From NCBI GenBank assembly GCA_964016885.1, contig OZ024751.1, positions 51,956,001 through 52,020,000 of the forward strand: a stretch of DNA of 64,000 bases, given 5' to 3'. The stretch is from Eledone cirrhosa. Taxonomy: Eukaryota. A model generated the notes under the pieces. That model did not search any database. It saw only the letters and a program-made list of their open reading frames with translations, and had not been told where the DNA came from. The position numbers and the translations under genes are program-made. Below, piece after piece: positions 1-12,362 of the stretch. Position 1 is the stretch's first letter, and each line of letters starts with the position of its first letter.

Positions 1-1349
1 GAAAGGTTCAAACTAGATGAGATGCAGTTTGGTTTCGTGCCTAGGAAAAGTACAACAGATCCCCTCTTCTTGGTGAGACATTTACAAGAGAGGTTCTTAG
101 AGAAGAATATAAGCCACTATACTAAGCCTTTGTTGACCTAGAGAAAGCCTTTGATATGGTATCCCGATTTGTCATCTGGTGGTCCCTAAGGAAACTAGGT
201 GTTGAGGAATGGCTTGTGAGGACAGTGCAAACTTTGTACAGAGGTTCTGTCAGTAAAGTCAGGGTAGGAATGGAGTTTAGTGAGGAATTCCAGATACAAG
301 TAGGAGTACACCAAGGTTCGGTCCTCAGCCCGCTCTTGTTCATTATAGTCCTCCATGCCATAACAGAGGAGTTTAAGACTGGCTGTCCATGGGAACTTCT
401 CTATGCTGACGATCTGGTTCTTATAGCAGAATCAGTAGAGGAGCTAGAGAATAAATTCTGGCTATGGAAACAGCAGTTGGAAGCAAGAGGACTGAGAGTG
501 AACTTAGCTAAGACATAATGATGAGTAGAAAAGAGGACAAAACTCTGATTCCGTCAGGGAAATCGCCATGTTCGATATGCAGAAAGGAACTGGCATAAAT
601 TCTATAAAATGCACACAATGCAGATCCTGAGTACACAAGAGAAGTAGTGGGATAGCAGGCAAACTAACAGGTAGGGAGAAATACGTATGCAGTAGATGTA
701 CAGGGAAATTAGACAGTAGAAGTCGCATTGACAGACACATTTCTCAAATGCAGGCGGGTGCTATAGAAGTGGTGGATAGCTTCCGGTACCTAGGAGATCA
801 GATTAGCATGGGAGGGGGGTGTTCCGAGGCCATAGTATCTAGAATAAGGACGGGTTGGAAGAAGTTTAGGGAGCTGCTTCCTCTGCTGAAGAAGAAAGGC
901 TTCTCCCTGCGTACAAAAAGCCGGTTATATGATGCCTGTGTGAGGAGCGCGATGCTGCATGGTAGTGAGACTTGGGCAGCAACTGCAGAGGATATGCGAC
1001 GGCTGGAGAGAAATGATGCAAGCATGCTCCGTTGGATGTGCAATGTCAATGTGCGTGAACGACCCAGCATGGATGTGTTGAGAGAGAAACTGTGTCTAAG
1101 AGGGATAGAATGTAGTGTGCGAGGGAGACTGCGGTGGTATGGACATGTGATGCACATGGAGGATGACTGATGAGTGAAGTGCCAGGAAATGCCAGCTGAA
1201 GGAAGACGTGGTAGAGGTAGACCTCAGATCGCTGAAGCTCACGGTGGAGATGACGAAGGATCGTAACAATTGGAGAGATGCTGTGCTGAATAAAACTCGT
1301 CCCACCCTTGCAAGCAGGGAAAAGCGGACGTAAAATGATGATGATGATA
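1..1349 (+). mobile_element. RTE-clade non-LTR retrotransposon, 3' part, decayed (RT with stops/frameshifts, PHD-like insert, (GAT)n tail)
   Basis: RT motifs FVDLEKAFD, GVHQGSVLSPLLF and LLYADD (ORF 156-518); VDSFRYLG...MLHGSETW...RLRWYGHV (ORF 748-1170). Ends in ggacgtaaaatgatgatgatgat. Confidence 0.93.
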
Positions 1350-1385
1350 TGGAAAAATAATGCCATGTAGTCTACTGTTACTTAC

Positions 1386-1501
1386 TTTCGAACAAGGGGA
1401 GGTGGTTTCTGTGGTGAAGCTGCTGTGGGAGTTTTCTTTTTCTCAGGTGTCTTTTGTCCTTTCTTTGTTGACATTTCCAGCAATGTCATTTGTTTCATAC
1501 T
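1386..1501 (-). CDS. BAZ1B: BAZ1B/WSTF coding exon 9 (SMKQMTLLEMSTKKGQKTPEKKKTPTAASPQKPPPLVR); gene continues off the left edge
   Basis: tacag acceptor, GTAAGT donor, phase 0 in / 2 out. KQMTLLEM matches the vertebrate WSTF KQMTLLDM motif. Confidence 0.88.
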
Positions 1502-2111
1502 CTGTATAAGAATAAATAACAACATTCAGTTACCATGTGAGGCATTGAGACAATAAGGTTTCAGAATTGACCTATTTGACCAATCAGACATTTTAAAATT
1601 TCTTTTTATTTCCTAGCAAGGAGGAAGGATTCCCCAAACTGGAGACATCATCCATATCAGTTGCTCTCCAATAGTTTTGTCAGTGAACTTGTAGCAGTGG
1701 GGACTTGGTCCCTGGACCATCCCACTACTCATTTTCAGGGTGGAGTAGGCCACCCGTGGCTGCGAGCCACATGCGTTGAAATGGCTATACCAGTTTTCTC
1801 CATTCTTTAATGGGACCATGAAGCGGCCTGCACATGGGCTCCCACACACCAGAGAACACTACTCGACACTGTATGGGCCCACACTATTGGAGTAGCAATG
1901 TTATGACAGGAATAAATAATTTATTTCTCATATTTTCTCTCATAAAACATTTCTTTCATTCTGAAAAACACTAGGTTCTCCCCATTTTAGTTGCCTCTTA
2001 TGACATGCACGTTCAGAGGGTTTTTTGTCATTAAAAATATGGTAGAAAAAAAAAAGAGCAAGCAAAAAATTCCTACAATATACGAAATGGGCAATAGTAA
2101 TGCAAACATAC

Positions 2112-2786
2112 CTTGTTCTTTTTAGGGGTTTCTTTATCCTTGGATTTATTACTGTTACTACTACTACTACCACTACTACTGCTGCTTTTCTTTTTATCCT
2201 TCTCACTGGAAACTTTCTTCTTCTTGTCGGATTCCTTCGAAGACTTCTTCTTCTCAGACCCTTTTGAAGAAGACTTCTTCTTAGCACTACCCTTTCCCTG
2301 TTCTTTTTGTACAGACTTAGGCTTTTTAGGGGTACTTTGCTGACTGTCAGTTTTTTTGCTTTTTGTAGGCGTCCGCTGCAGTTTTAATGTACTCAGAGGG
2401 ACATCATCATCGTCTTTGCTCAATGGAAGCTTTTTTTTTAATTTCCCTAGAGTACAATCTTCACTAGCATTTGAACTATCATCACTATCATTCACAACAC
2501 TTGTTAATTTACTTTTTTTGTTTGGACTGCTGCTATTCTTTGTTAGAGATGGTTTCCTTTTAATGCTGCTGCTATTACTACTACTATTACTGCTGCTAGA
2601 ATTTATTTTACCCTGCTTCGCTTTCTTCTTCGAACTACCTTCTGTTTCATCTTTCTTCTTCTTGGAGCTTTTCTTAGGTTTAGATTTATCAAGTTTTGAC
2701 TTTTTAGCATTTGAAGAATTTGGAGATTTATTACTGGACAGTTTCCGTTTCTTCGCTGCACATTCATCTAAGGAATGGTCTTGTAT
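2112..2786 (-). CDS. BAZ1B: BAZ1B/WSTF coding exon 8, Lys/Ser-rich low-complexity region (225 codons)
   Basis: ttttttcccag acceptor, GTATGT donor, 675-nt open frame, phase 0/0, in frame with ORF 2073-2495. Confidence 0.88.
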
Positions 2787-3039
2787 CTGGGAAAAAATAA
2801 AATTAAATATAAAGATGCAAGAATCATGTTTACCATAAACGTAATTTTAACTAATATACATGCAGGTGTCATAATGAAATACACCAAACCCACACAAACT
2901 GTCTAAAATAAACAACTAGGCTCCTATTCAAAAGAAATTTGTTCTTGGATAGATACTGCACATATATATTTAAGGAAACTTTAGTTCAGACATAACATTG
3001 ATTTATTTATATATATTTTTAAGCTATATAGATACAGAT

Positions 3040-3385
3040 ATGGCTATGTGGTTAATAAATTCACTTGCAACCATGTGTTTAGGGGGTTCGTTCACATTGC
3101 ATGGCACCTTGGGCAAATGTCATCTCCTATAGCCTTGGATTTACCAATGCCTTGTAAGTGGAGTTTGGTAGATGGAAACTGCAGAAGCCCATCATGTGTG
3201 TGTTTGTGTCTTGTAACAAAGCAATTTGACAAAAAGAGATTGATAAAATAAAGCAATTTGACAAAAAGAGATTGATAAAATAAGTACCAGTCTTGAAAAA
3301 TAAGTACTGGTGTTGATATAATCAACTAAATTCCTTTAAGGTGGTGCCTGAGCATGATCACAATCTAATGACTGAAACCAGTACA
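3040..3385 (+). mobile_element. tRNA-derived SINE (degenerate)
   Basis: A-box-like tggctatgtgg, B-box-like gggttcg, and core caccttgggcaaatgtc. A related copy lies at about 12030-12360 on the minus strand. Confidence 0.65.
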
Positions 3386-3580
3386 AAAAGGTTAAAGAGG
3401 TGTTGCATATATGTTGTGTCTCTTAATTTAATGGTTTGATAAATTAGTACCTAACTTTAAAAAATACTGAGATCAACTATAAAACCCTGAAAGGTGGTGC
3501 CCCAGCATGGCCAAGCGCAATGATCAAAACCAATAAAAGAATGATAAAGATAACAAGTGAGAGAAACGAAACAAGCTTAC

Positions 3581-3746
3581 CTTCATTGGAGATAAGAAAA
3601 CATCAGCAAGCTTGTTTTGGATGCCATGTTTCTTAATCATGGCTTCCTCGACAACCCAAGGACTGGAAGACGTTACCCCAGCACGTAAAGCATTTGTTCG
3701 AATGAACAGCCGAAGAAGTTCTTTCGGAGGGGGTCGATCAACACGA
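3581..3746 (-). CDS. BAZ1B: BAZ1B/WSTF coding exon 7 (RVDRPPPKELLRLFIRTNALRAGVTSSSPWVVEEAMIKKHGIQNKLADVFLSPMK)
   Basis: tttttcag acceptor, GTAAGC donor. Matches WSTF RTERPPNKEIVRYFIRHNALRAG...PWVVEDELVKKY. Confidence 0.95.
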
Positions 3747-3819
3747 CTGAAAAAAAGGAAGAAAAATATGGTACTTGTACAGACCCTTAGTAAATTTCTT
3801 ACACACAACAAAAGTAAAT

Positions 3820-4275
3820 TCATCATCATCATCACTATTTAATGTGTTTTTTCCATTCTTGCATGTGTTGGATGGGTCCTTTCCAACAGGCCATCCCTTC
3901 ACTCGTTGCAGTCCTTCATCAATCCAGCTATGAGATTCTGTGATTTGAAATTAGCTGACAACTTCTGCCCAGATCTTCCTTGGCCTCCTACTGTAGCTCC
4001 CTTTCACTAGGACTTCTTTGCAGTTCGACATCCAATGATCTGATTCCTCTTATATCCAGCCTCTCTCTCTGCTCATCTATGTTTTGCCTTTCACACATGT
4101 TAACATTGTATATCCATCAAACAAGTATGCTTTATTTCTCTTTAGCCTCTGTATTCACTGCCCATGTCTCACTACCAAGCAACATCGCATTTCGCACACA
4201 AACAGCCAGCCTTTCTTTCTTTCGTAGACAGAAATCTTTCAATGTCAACTGAGGTAGTTGCTCCCTGAACTTTTT
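3820..4275 (-). mobile_element. Degraded RTE LINE 3' fragment with (GAT)n tail
   Basis: The minus strand encodes remnants of MLLGSETWAV...CLMD...GIRGIRS; the tail resembles the other RTE copies. Confidence 0.65.
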
Positions 4276-4308
4276 TACACATACACAATATGTTTAAAAT
4301 AAACTTAC

Positions 4309-4385
4309 GTTAAATCAGCAGCTGGTACACAGTTAATTATTTTTTCTTCCTCGTTAAGCTTTATGCTGTATTTATACGGTAATAA
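4309..4385 (-). CDS. BAZ1B: BAZ1B/WSTF coding exon 6 (LLPYKYSIKLNEEEKIINCVPAADL)
   Basis: tgtag acceptor, GTAAGT donor, phase 0/2. Matches WSTF FLPHKYDVKLQNEDKIISNVPADSL. Confidence 0.95.
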
Positions 4386-4516
4386 CTACAGATACAATAG
4401 AAAAGCACAAAAACATTATTTATAAATAAGATCAATTTAGCAAGTACTTTAAAATTACACACCAAGGACTATGTTTTGACAGTCATTACACATTATTTAC
4501 ACCTCCTGGAGTAAGT

Positions 4517-4569
<53 letters not shown>

Positions 4570-5902
4570 AAAGTGGTAGTGATGGTGGCATGATAAAATA
4601 CACCCTGTATATTCTATAAACTAGTTAATATTAGGAAGAGCATCAAGCAGTAGAAACTATGTCAAAAATGAAATATGAGGAAGATGTCATTGTGTGTCCA
4701 TGACTTGGAAAAACATGTAAGCTGATGATACACATGCATTTCTGGACAGAATCTTGGTTTTCTAAGAGGGAGACTTTACATGTTTGCTTACCATGCTAGA
4801 CATAGCAATCAAATCTTATCCCAATTTACAATGTACTGGCTTACAAAAAATAAAAGATACATTGGATAGTGTTGCTCTAGATAAACCATATCTGGTAGGT
4901 AGATAACGATGGGATAGTCACAACTGGAACACTTATAAATATAGATTTCCTATGTTACTGTTGACGTGGAGCAAAAGCAGCAAGTACAAATATCAAGCCA
5001 TCAAGAAAGCTCATATGTGGTTGCAGAACCTGCTAGAAATAGCTGCCAAATCTGCTTCTAATTATCCCCACCTCACAGTCTTAAAAAGTTAATGTAGATA
5101 GGTACAGTTGGTTAATATAAACAAAATAGGGCAGTACTGATGTGGGCTTCATGAATTCTAATCATATCAAAGACCTGCAAAAGGCAAAGAGAAATACAAG
5201 AGTAACGTCCCTTGAATAACTACATGCCAATAGAGTTCTCAGTGACCATTTAACTATTGGCTTGAAATGTTATGCAATGTCATTCTATATGCGAAACCGT
5301 TTTCAAAAGTTGGTTCTATGAAAAACAATTCTGGTTTCCAGTAGATAAGGAATCTTTTATAAAAAAAAAAAGAACTATTAATTATAATTGTGGCTAAATT
5401 TTCTCTCTAAAATATTTTTCATTTCATTTAATGGTTGGTCAACTTTAGCTTACATCCACCTGGGGTTGATAAAGTAACATTTATGTACTGAGGTAGAGTT
5501 AATTAAGTAACAGTCTCCCTTCAATTTTGAGGCTCTGGTCCTATGTTTAATCATTATTACCAACAAGTATAATTGTTTCTACTTTTGGCACAAGGCCAGC
5601 AATTATCCCAGTGCATTACTGGCACTTTATTTTATCGACCCCATAAGGATGAAAGGCAAAGTTAACCTCAATAATAATAATCCATCTTATATAGGTTCAA
5701 GGTCTGAAATTTAAGAGTAGGGAATAATCAATTACATTGACCCCAGTACTTAACTGATACTTTTTTTTTTTATCAACACCCTTCCTTTCCCCAGAGGCAA
5801 GAAAGGAACTTGGTGTGATTTTAACTGTAAAGAAAGTGTTATATCAAAGACATTTTGTCCTCTGCCAACAACATAGTGGAACTGGAATTGTAGAAAACTT
5901 AC

Positions 5903-6007
5903 TTTGGGAGGGACCCACTTCTTCTGGCCAGTATCTTTATTAGAACTGTTTTCATCTGTATTTTCTTTATCACTTGATGGAGAACTGCAATTACTAGTTG
6001 GATTGGC
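5903..6007 (-). CDS. BAZ1B: BAZ1B/WSTF coding exon 5 (ANPTSNCSSPSSDKENTDENSSNKDTGQKKWVPPK)
   Basis: tttcag acceptor, GTAAGT donor, phase 0/0. Contains the WSTF motifs CxSPSSDKEN and KWxPPK. Confidence 0.95.
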
Positions 6008-6088
6008 CTGAAACCATACACATACACATTAGATACCAATGTATACATATTATAAACATAAACATATATATAAGATACCTATGTATAC

Positions 6089-6753
6089 CAGGGGTGAAGG
6101 GTCCGTGCATGCGCTATAGAATCTCGAGTTGATCAATTGCGTCGGTTGAAGCAAGCAGAATTTTGGCTGCTTACTAAATCAAAAAAGATAACACACAAAC
6201 AAATACACGACAGCTTTGGGGCAAGCAGAATTTTGACTGCTTACTAAATCAGACACATAAAAAGATAACACACACACACTAGATAACACTACATGCGGCT
6301 TTGACCGGGAGGGTAATTTAGAGCAGGGGTTCTCAAACTTTTTTTCGCTGTGGACCGCCAAAATAAGTAATTTTTTCCTGTGGACCAGGAATAGAACTGC
6401 TACTTATAAGCATCAGTAGATGTTTTTTTTCAATGAATTAGAAAATGCTATTATCATGTCGCAGTGCCTTAAAATCTACGCAAATAAACAGCTGAAGTCG
6501 TACTTATGCGAAGAATAAGAAAAGCGTTTTAAGTCAAATGCATGGATCAAAAAAGAATTTGCTATTGAAAGTTTTCTGTGGACCACCTGAATTTTCCTGT
6601 GGACCACTAGTGGTCCACATGGACCAGGTTGAGAACCCCCGATTTAGAGGGAATGAAGGGGGTAGGGGGGGGGGGGTAAAGGCTGCATAGCCCCACTTTC
6701 CGCCATGGCAATTGGACTGCATGCCCTGCTTTCCAGGTTACCCTTCGCCACTG
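6089..6753. mobile_element. Non-autonomous hAT MITE of the same family as the hAT element at 55366-58441
   Basis: TIRs caggggtgaagggt / acccttcgccactg; perfect 8-bp TSD ATGTATAC (6081-6088, 6754-6761). Left and right subterminal sequences are nearly identical to those of the long element. Confidence 0.93.
6324..6641. mobile_element. Charlie-like hAT MITE nested inside the 6089-6753 MITE
   Basis: TIRs caggggttctcaa / ttgagaacccccg; perfect 8-bp TSD ATTTAGAG (6316-6323, 6642-6649). Confidence 0.92.
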
Positions 6754-7084
6754 ATGTATACATATTATAAGCATAAACATATATATATATTAGATAGCTA
6801 TGTATATATATTATAAATACTTCCTTTATTATAGTTTAGATAAACATATATATTAGATACACATACACATTAAACATACATTTTAGACACTAAGACACAG
6901 ACACCCATATATACAATATATGTGAGTGTGTGTAGGTGTATATTATGTGAAATGAAATATCGAAAGCATGACATTATAATCTTGAACCCAACATCTTAAC
7001 ATTTGTGTGTCTCAAATTATGTAAGTATTTTATTTTTATTTTAATTACAATTAAATCTCAAATATAAAGAAAATGGTCACTAAC

Positions 7085-7127
7085 CTCAATACCACAGGTA
7101 TCAACTCTAACAACTTTGGCCTTCACC
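7085..7127 (-). CDS. BAZ1B: BAZ1B/WSTF coding exon 4 (VKAKVVRVDTCGIE), 43-nt exon
   Basis: ttttcag acceptor, GTTAGT donor. Phase 2 in / 0 out bridges exons 3 and 5 exactly; resembles WSTF LKVKIVKI. Confidence 0.85.
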
Positions 7128-7959
7128 CTGAAAATTAAAAAAAATAATAATTTAACATCATTTTAATATTTGTCTTTCCATTCAGGCATGAGTTAGATGG
7201 GTCTACTATACATTGTATTTGTAATCAACTTAGTGTTTTGATTCTGCAAGGCCCAGAATCTTGAAATGTGTGTGTGACCTCAATATGACTTTCTCTTACT
7301 GTGATGCCCTCCACCTTTCTCTCAGCACATATCATTCAATCATATAACATCATCTACATCAATAGTTACATCTGCATACATTAGCTCCTTCATTCTAAAA
7401 AACCAAACTCTGTGATTGCTTGACCTGCCAGAAATAGAGGTCAAAATCACCCATAAATCACATGTTGGGCAATGAAAGGTTACAGTTGGAATAATTTTGA
7501 TCATAAGTTCACCCAATCAGAACTGACCTTGGGCTAAACAATAACACACTCTTTTAATGATCAACTACATTCTCAACTGATCTTATATCAGTATCATCAT
7601 CCAGCTTCAGCAGATTCCTGTCTCACTGTCATTTCATCACACTACTAACACAATTCATGACCCTGCACCCAATTTAACATCATCATTTGGTGCCTTTAAC
7701 AGAGTCCCCCCACTGTAGCAAGTATTTGGAGAACTTCACATGGGTTAGATGGGTCTGCTGTACAGTGTATTTGTAATAAACTTAGTGTTTTGTTATCTCT
7801 TCTGCAAGGCCCAGAATCTTGAGATGTGTGTGCAGTGCTTCTTACAGCACTTGACTAGCTTAAGCATCAATTTAGAGATATGTCCATGTATCAGCCATAG
7901 TTTTATGCGATTCTTTGTGGGAGATAAACTTGAGATAAAATCCTAAAAATGATACTCAC

Positions 7960-8065
7960 ACTTTACCAGAAGTCCTGACTTTAAGAGAAACACATTCATT
8001 GATCGAAAGAACTTGCTGTAGCTTGAGCCAAGCTTGGTCAACCAACGTGTCCAATGAGAAGATAC
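7960..8065 (-). CDS. BAZ1B: BAZ1B/WSTF coding exon 3 (end of WAC domain: IFSLDTLVDQAWLKLQQVLSINECVSLKVRTSGK)
   Basis: tttgtttag acceptor, GTGAGT donor, phase 1/2. Matches WSTF SLEKLVDTAWLEIMTKYAVGEECDFEV. Confidence 0.93.
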
Positions 8066-8359
8066 CTAAACAAAGACAGAAGAAAAAAACGTTTATGACA
8101 ATAACACCTTTTTCTGTTCAAACCAGCCGCACATACTGATGTTAAGTTGTGGTTCTTAAAATATATGATATCAAAATCTCATAGATTCGATATTATGTGA
8201 GATAAAGCCTTTACCACAAAAATACAATAGTATATATAGAGTAATGTAAATGCTAAAGGGTTAAATATATTTTGCATTCAGTATAGGGTTCACTTTATGG
8301 TGTAACAATTCTTGCCAAATTACCGTATACATTCAAATATAAGCGACTCTTTATTTTAT

Positions 8360-9003
8360 GCCTAAGAAATGTGCAGTGCACGCAACATGTAAATGGAATT
8401 CCATTGAAGCAGGTGGAGAAGTTGAAGTATCTCAAGGCCATGTTCACAAGTGATGGAAGGCAGGAGGCTGGTGCAATAATACGCCAGCTTAAACATTTGG
8501 TAATCAGGAGAAGGGAAGTAGGTTTAAAGCCAAACTCACTATCTTCAATTCGGTATTTGTGCCAACCCTATGGTGATGAATCTTGGGTAATGACCAAAAG
8601 AATGCAATCGCAAATACAAGTGGCCAAAATGGGATTCCTCTGAAGGGTCTTTGGGGTAATGTTACTTGATAGAGTGCATAGCTTGAAGATCAGAGAGTCA
8701 CTCTGAGTGGAGCCACTACTTCTCTGAACTGAGAGATCACAGCTCCAATACTATGGGTATGTGGATAGAACGTCTCAAGAAAGAATCACTGGACAGATTT
8801 TACAGGTAAAACCAACTGGCAGGAGACCTAGGGTAGACTCCAAGCAAGATGATTGGATAACATCCATAAGCTTGACTGGTCTTGCTTGGGGATCCAGCTG
8901 AATCAGTTGGAGATGGGTCTTCTGACAGGACTTACTGGAGGGAGTGTTGGAGAACGCTGCCCCCACGTCCCTCTCAGTAATAAGTGGACAAAGAAGAAGA
9001 AAG
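8360..9003 (+). mobile_element. Degraded RTE/Expander-like LINE 3' fragment
   Basis: LKQVEKLKYL..FTSDGR, YGDESWVMT and RSQLQYYG remnants with many stops. Confidence 0.75.
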
Positions 9004-10491
9004 ATCAGGACCACGTCCATCATGAAAATCATCCCATCAGACTTTGTTAATTGGGAAAGGCAAGCAGGGAACTTTTCCTTTGTCTATTGTCTATGGCAAA
9101 TGAAGATGAGTAATAGACAAGAGTAAAGGGATTGAAGACAGACACTTTCCTCTTCAATTAAGCCCTCACAAGTTTCACTTAGAACAGAAGGTGGAGAACT
9201 TTCCCTTTCCCTTCAAAATCTTACCATGCTCAACTTTTGTCTTTCGTCTCACCAGGTGTCAAATTAAGTAGCAAAATTCAGTCACATTGCATGTCTTTAT
9301 TATAGATCATTCTTTTGTAATGAATGGCAGAGTCAGTGGTTCACCATATAATAAGCTTAATCTCATCCCTATAAGTTCTGAGATCAAATGTCAGCAAGGT
9401 TGGCTTTCAAAGGTAAAAAAGGGTATAAAAAGTAATAAATGTACAATAATTGCCAAGGGCAAATATCCCAGAAGGAATATTCAACACATTGAATATGTAT
9501 ATATGGATCCATAACTCCTGATGAGTTAAAGGAGCATTTTATCATGACTCCAGCACTAACACCTTATAGGGTAGACTGGTAATAGATGGCAGAAACAGTA
9601 GCTCAAACAATGTTTAATCATGTCCTTTTAAGTTGAGTTCAAATGCTACCGATAACATTATTTCACTCCTACTCCCACCACAAAATCCCTCTTTGTCAGG
9701 TTCAAAACTTTAGAGCTGTCACCACCAGCACGATGAAAGGTAAGCCAGGAGAGCATGAAAGTGAGCAGATGTGTGCTATATTCCAAAAGCATGGAAGGGA
9801 ACCTCAGCCACACTCCTCAAGGGCAAGGAACAAAGATAGATAATTGTGATGGTGTAGGCACAGCGAAAATGGTGGGGAAGGGAATTGAGGTAGTCAAAGT
9901 GTGTGATTGGATAATTAAGCTTAGACTATGATCATCACTGTTTAACGTCTATTTTTCGTTTGCGTGTCATAACAAAACGTCATTTCAACATACAGACCAC
10001 AAAGACAAGATGAACAAAAGATCCACTTTTACGAAGCCCCTCTGCAGATTAACTCAACAACAAATAATTGTTTCTACTTTTGGCACAAGGCCAGCAATTA
10101 CCCAGTACATTACAACAAATAATGGGAGTCCTTCACAATGATATCCTCTCTGACTTACATGGAGGTTATACAGCATCGGGGTGAGAAATAATAATTATTG
10201 TAGATATTTAGACATTGACCTGGTTCTGATTCACTGCTAGGGAACCAATTTTTCATTCGTAGCTCACCATAACATACAACAGAAAATAATCAAATCCAAG
10301 ACTTTATAAGATAAACCAACAAATAAGTCACTGTGTGGTTGCCCAGTCTGCTAGAAACAGCAGCCAAATTTCTTTCAAACCACACCCAACCATTAGATTA
10401 TATACTAAAGCAAAAGAAAAAAAAAAGAGATGGGATGTTCACGGCTGATGCCTTTGATAATAAAAGTTGGTATACTGCTGTGGGTGGAAAC

Positions 10492-10527
10492 CTCTGACGT
10501 TCCAGACACAAGTCCTTCATCAGAATA
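10492..10527 (-). ncRNA. Degenerate minimal hammerhead ribozyme copy (Penelope-like repeat remnant)
   Basis: Minus strand reads CTGATGA-a-GGAC-ttgt-GTCT-GGAA-CG-TC; the core GAAA is mutated to GGAA. Confidence 0.5.
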
Positions 10528-11744
10528 GAAGACAGGTGAAAAGGGCCATGACCCCCCACCGACAACAATATAGAGTGAAACAGAGAGAACTTTACAGTAG
10601 AGCATTAATGAAGGGAAAGAAATGAGAAAAAAGACTGGTGAAATGGTAGAGAAAGACTTTGTAAGGGTGTGTGTGTATATATATATATATGAGAGAGAGG
10701 GAGTAAGGTAGACAGAGAGACAAAGACAAAAGAGAAAGCAATGGTCCCTAAGTTACTTTGGATTTAACAGACTTGATACATTAACGAGGGTTCAACGACG
10801 AGTGCGTGTGCGCAGGCGCGAATTAGAAGCCATAACTCCCTAAGTTTCCGATTCAAGAGGTTTCAACATAAAACTAAGTATACCTTATATAGTCGTGTGT
10901 AAGACGACGCCCCCACCCCATCTCCCGAAACTGAAATACCAGCAAGCGACTTATCTATGGTATACACTCTACTTTTCATAGTTTGAAAACACAAACGTCC
11001 ACCAATCCATAACAACTGCACAAACACACACATACGCTAATGTAGAAACGTATGAGATGTGTGTGTAGAATAAGTAAGGAGACGACAGACAGTACGAAGG
11101 TGACAAGAGGAAGTGAAACTAGCTAAACTAGAAACAAACGAACGGCGACAGTGACAGTGTGTGTGTGTCTGTTGTGACTCCCCTGTCTGCCTTGTAATTA
11201 GTTTATGCTAGAGACGAAGGAAGGGTGAGAGAAATAGAGAGACAGGAAAATAAAATAAGTTGGGAGGGAAAAAATAGATATATAAAGCTCGGCTGATGTT
11301 ATATAATGTAGTTATAAACACATACACACTAATATAAATATAGCAGTATTAAACAGCAGGCAGGAGAGGAGTAACTGATAAAGTACATTTCAAATAATAA
11401 TATAAAAACATAAATAACAGTAACGTGTATCTGTGTGTATATATATATATAAGAAGAGAGCGAGAGTGTAAAACGTTTAGAAGGGTTTTCACCACTTATA
11501 GTATAGGAATTAAGGCAATGGGGAGACATTGCACGAATTGAAACCCTTGGCGGACAGACAAAAATATTAAGACCATTATATATTATCTACATATCACAAA
11601 CGTAAGTTGTCTGGGCTCTGCTCGGCTCGGATACAGCAGACCCTTAAGATTAAAGCCCACCCCTAGCTGTGACTATAAACTTTTATCCTAATATCGTGTC
11701 TTAAGACTACAGGGTCAGATGTCATGCTTTACAGCATAGAGTTA

Positions 11745-11878
11745 CGTCCCTTTACGGTCTGAGTTCAAATCCTGCCGAGGTTAACTTTGCCTTTCATCCT
11801 TACAGGGTCGATAAAATAAAGTACCAGTAATGCACTGGGGTAACTTCTGGCCTTGTGCCAAAAGTTGAAACAATTATT
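11745..11878 (+). mobile_element. tRNA-derived SINE of an abundant family (other copies near 5570, 17345, 20465, 25480, 26760, 39270, 39480, 51640, 52665, 54130, 59620, 61155)
   Basis: B-box GAGTTCAAATCC followed by the conserved core gaggttaactttgcctttcatcc...gggtcgataaaataaagtaccagt and 3' ggccttgtgcc, recurring across the window. Confidence 0.8.
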
Positions 11879-12029
11879 AAATGTTCCATTATATTTTCAG
11901 TTTGTAAGACAGTATAGTCTGATTTGAGGGAAATTTGACTTATTATTGACTGGTCGAGCGACCATAGAAGTTCCTTCGCTGCTTCGTCACATAGATAATC
12001 ATATTTAAGAAAATACACATCTTTATTAA

Positions 12030-12362
12030 CATTTTTCCTGGTTTCAGTCATTAATCTACGGCCATGCTGAGGCACCACCCTGATTTAGTCGATCATATCA
12101 ACCTCACTACTTACTTTATCGATCTCTTTGTTGAACTGCTGAGTTTCGGGACATAAAGACACAAACAAATATAGACACGGACATACACAACTACATGATG
12201 GGCTTCTGTAGTTTCCGTCTACCAAATTCTAGTCACAAAGCATTGTTTGGTCAACCCTAGGCTATGGCAGAAGACACTTGCACTAGGTGACGCGCACAGG
12301 GATTGAACCCAGATCCAAGTGATTGCGAAGCGAACTCCTTAACTACACAGTTATGCGTCCGC
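12030..12362 (-). mobile_element. tRNA-derived SINE
   Basis: Minus strand has a tRNA-like head with gggttcaatccc and core caagtgtcttctgccatagcc; same family as 3040-3385. Confidence 0.7.

Noticed and set aside
2113-2838. Hydrophobic plus-strand ORFs
   Set aside because: Antisense shadow of the Lys/Ser-rich BAZ1B exon 8.
9515-9540. CTGATGAG as a hammerhead core or C/D box
   Set aside because: No GAAA or helix II partner and no convincing terminal stem.
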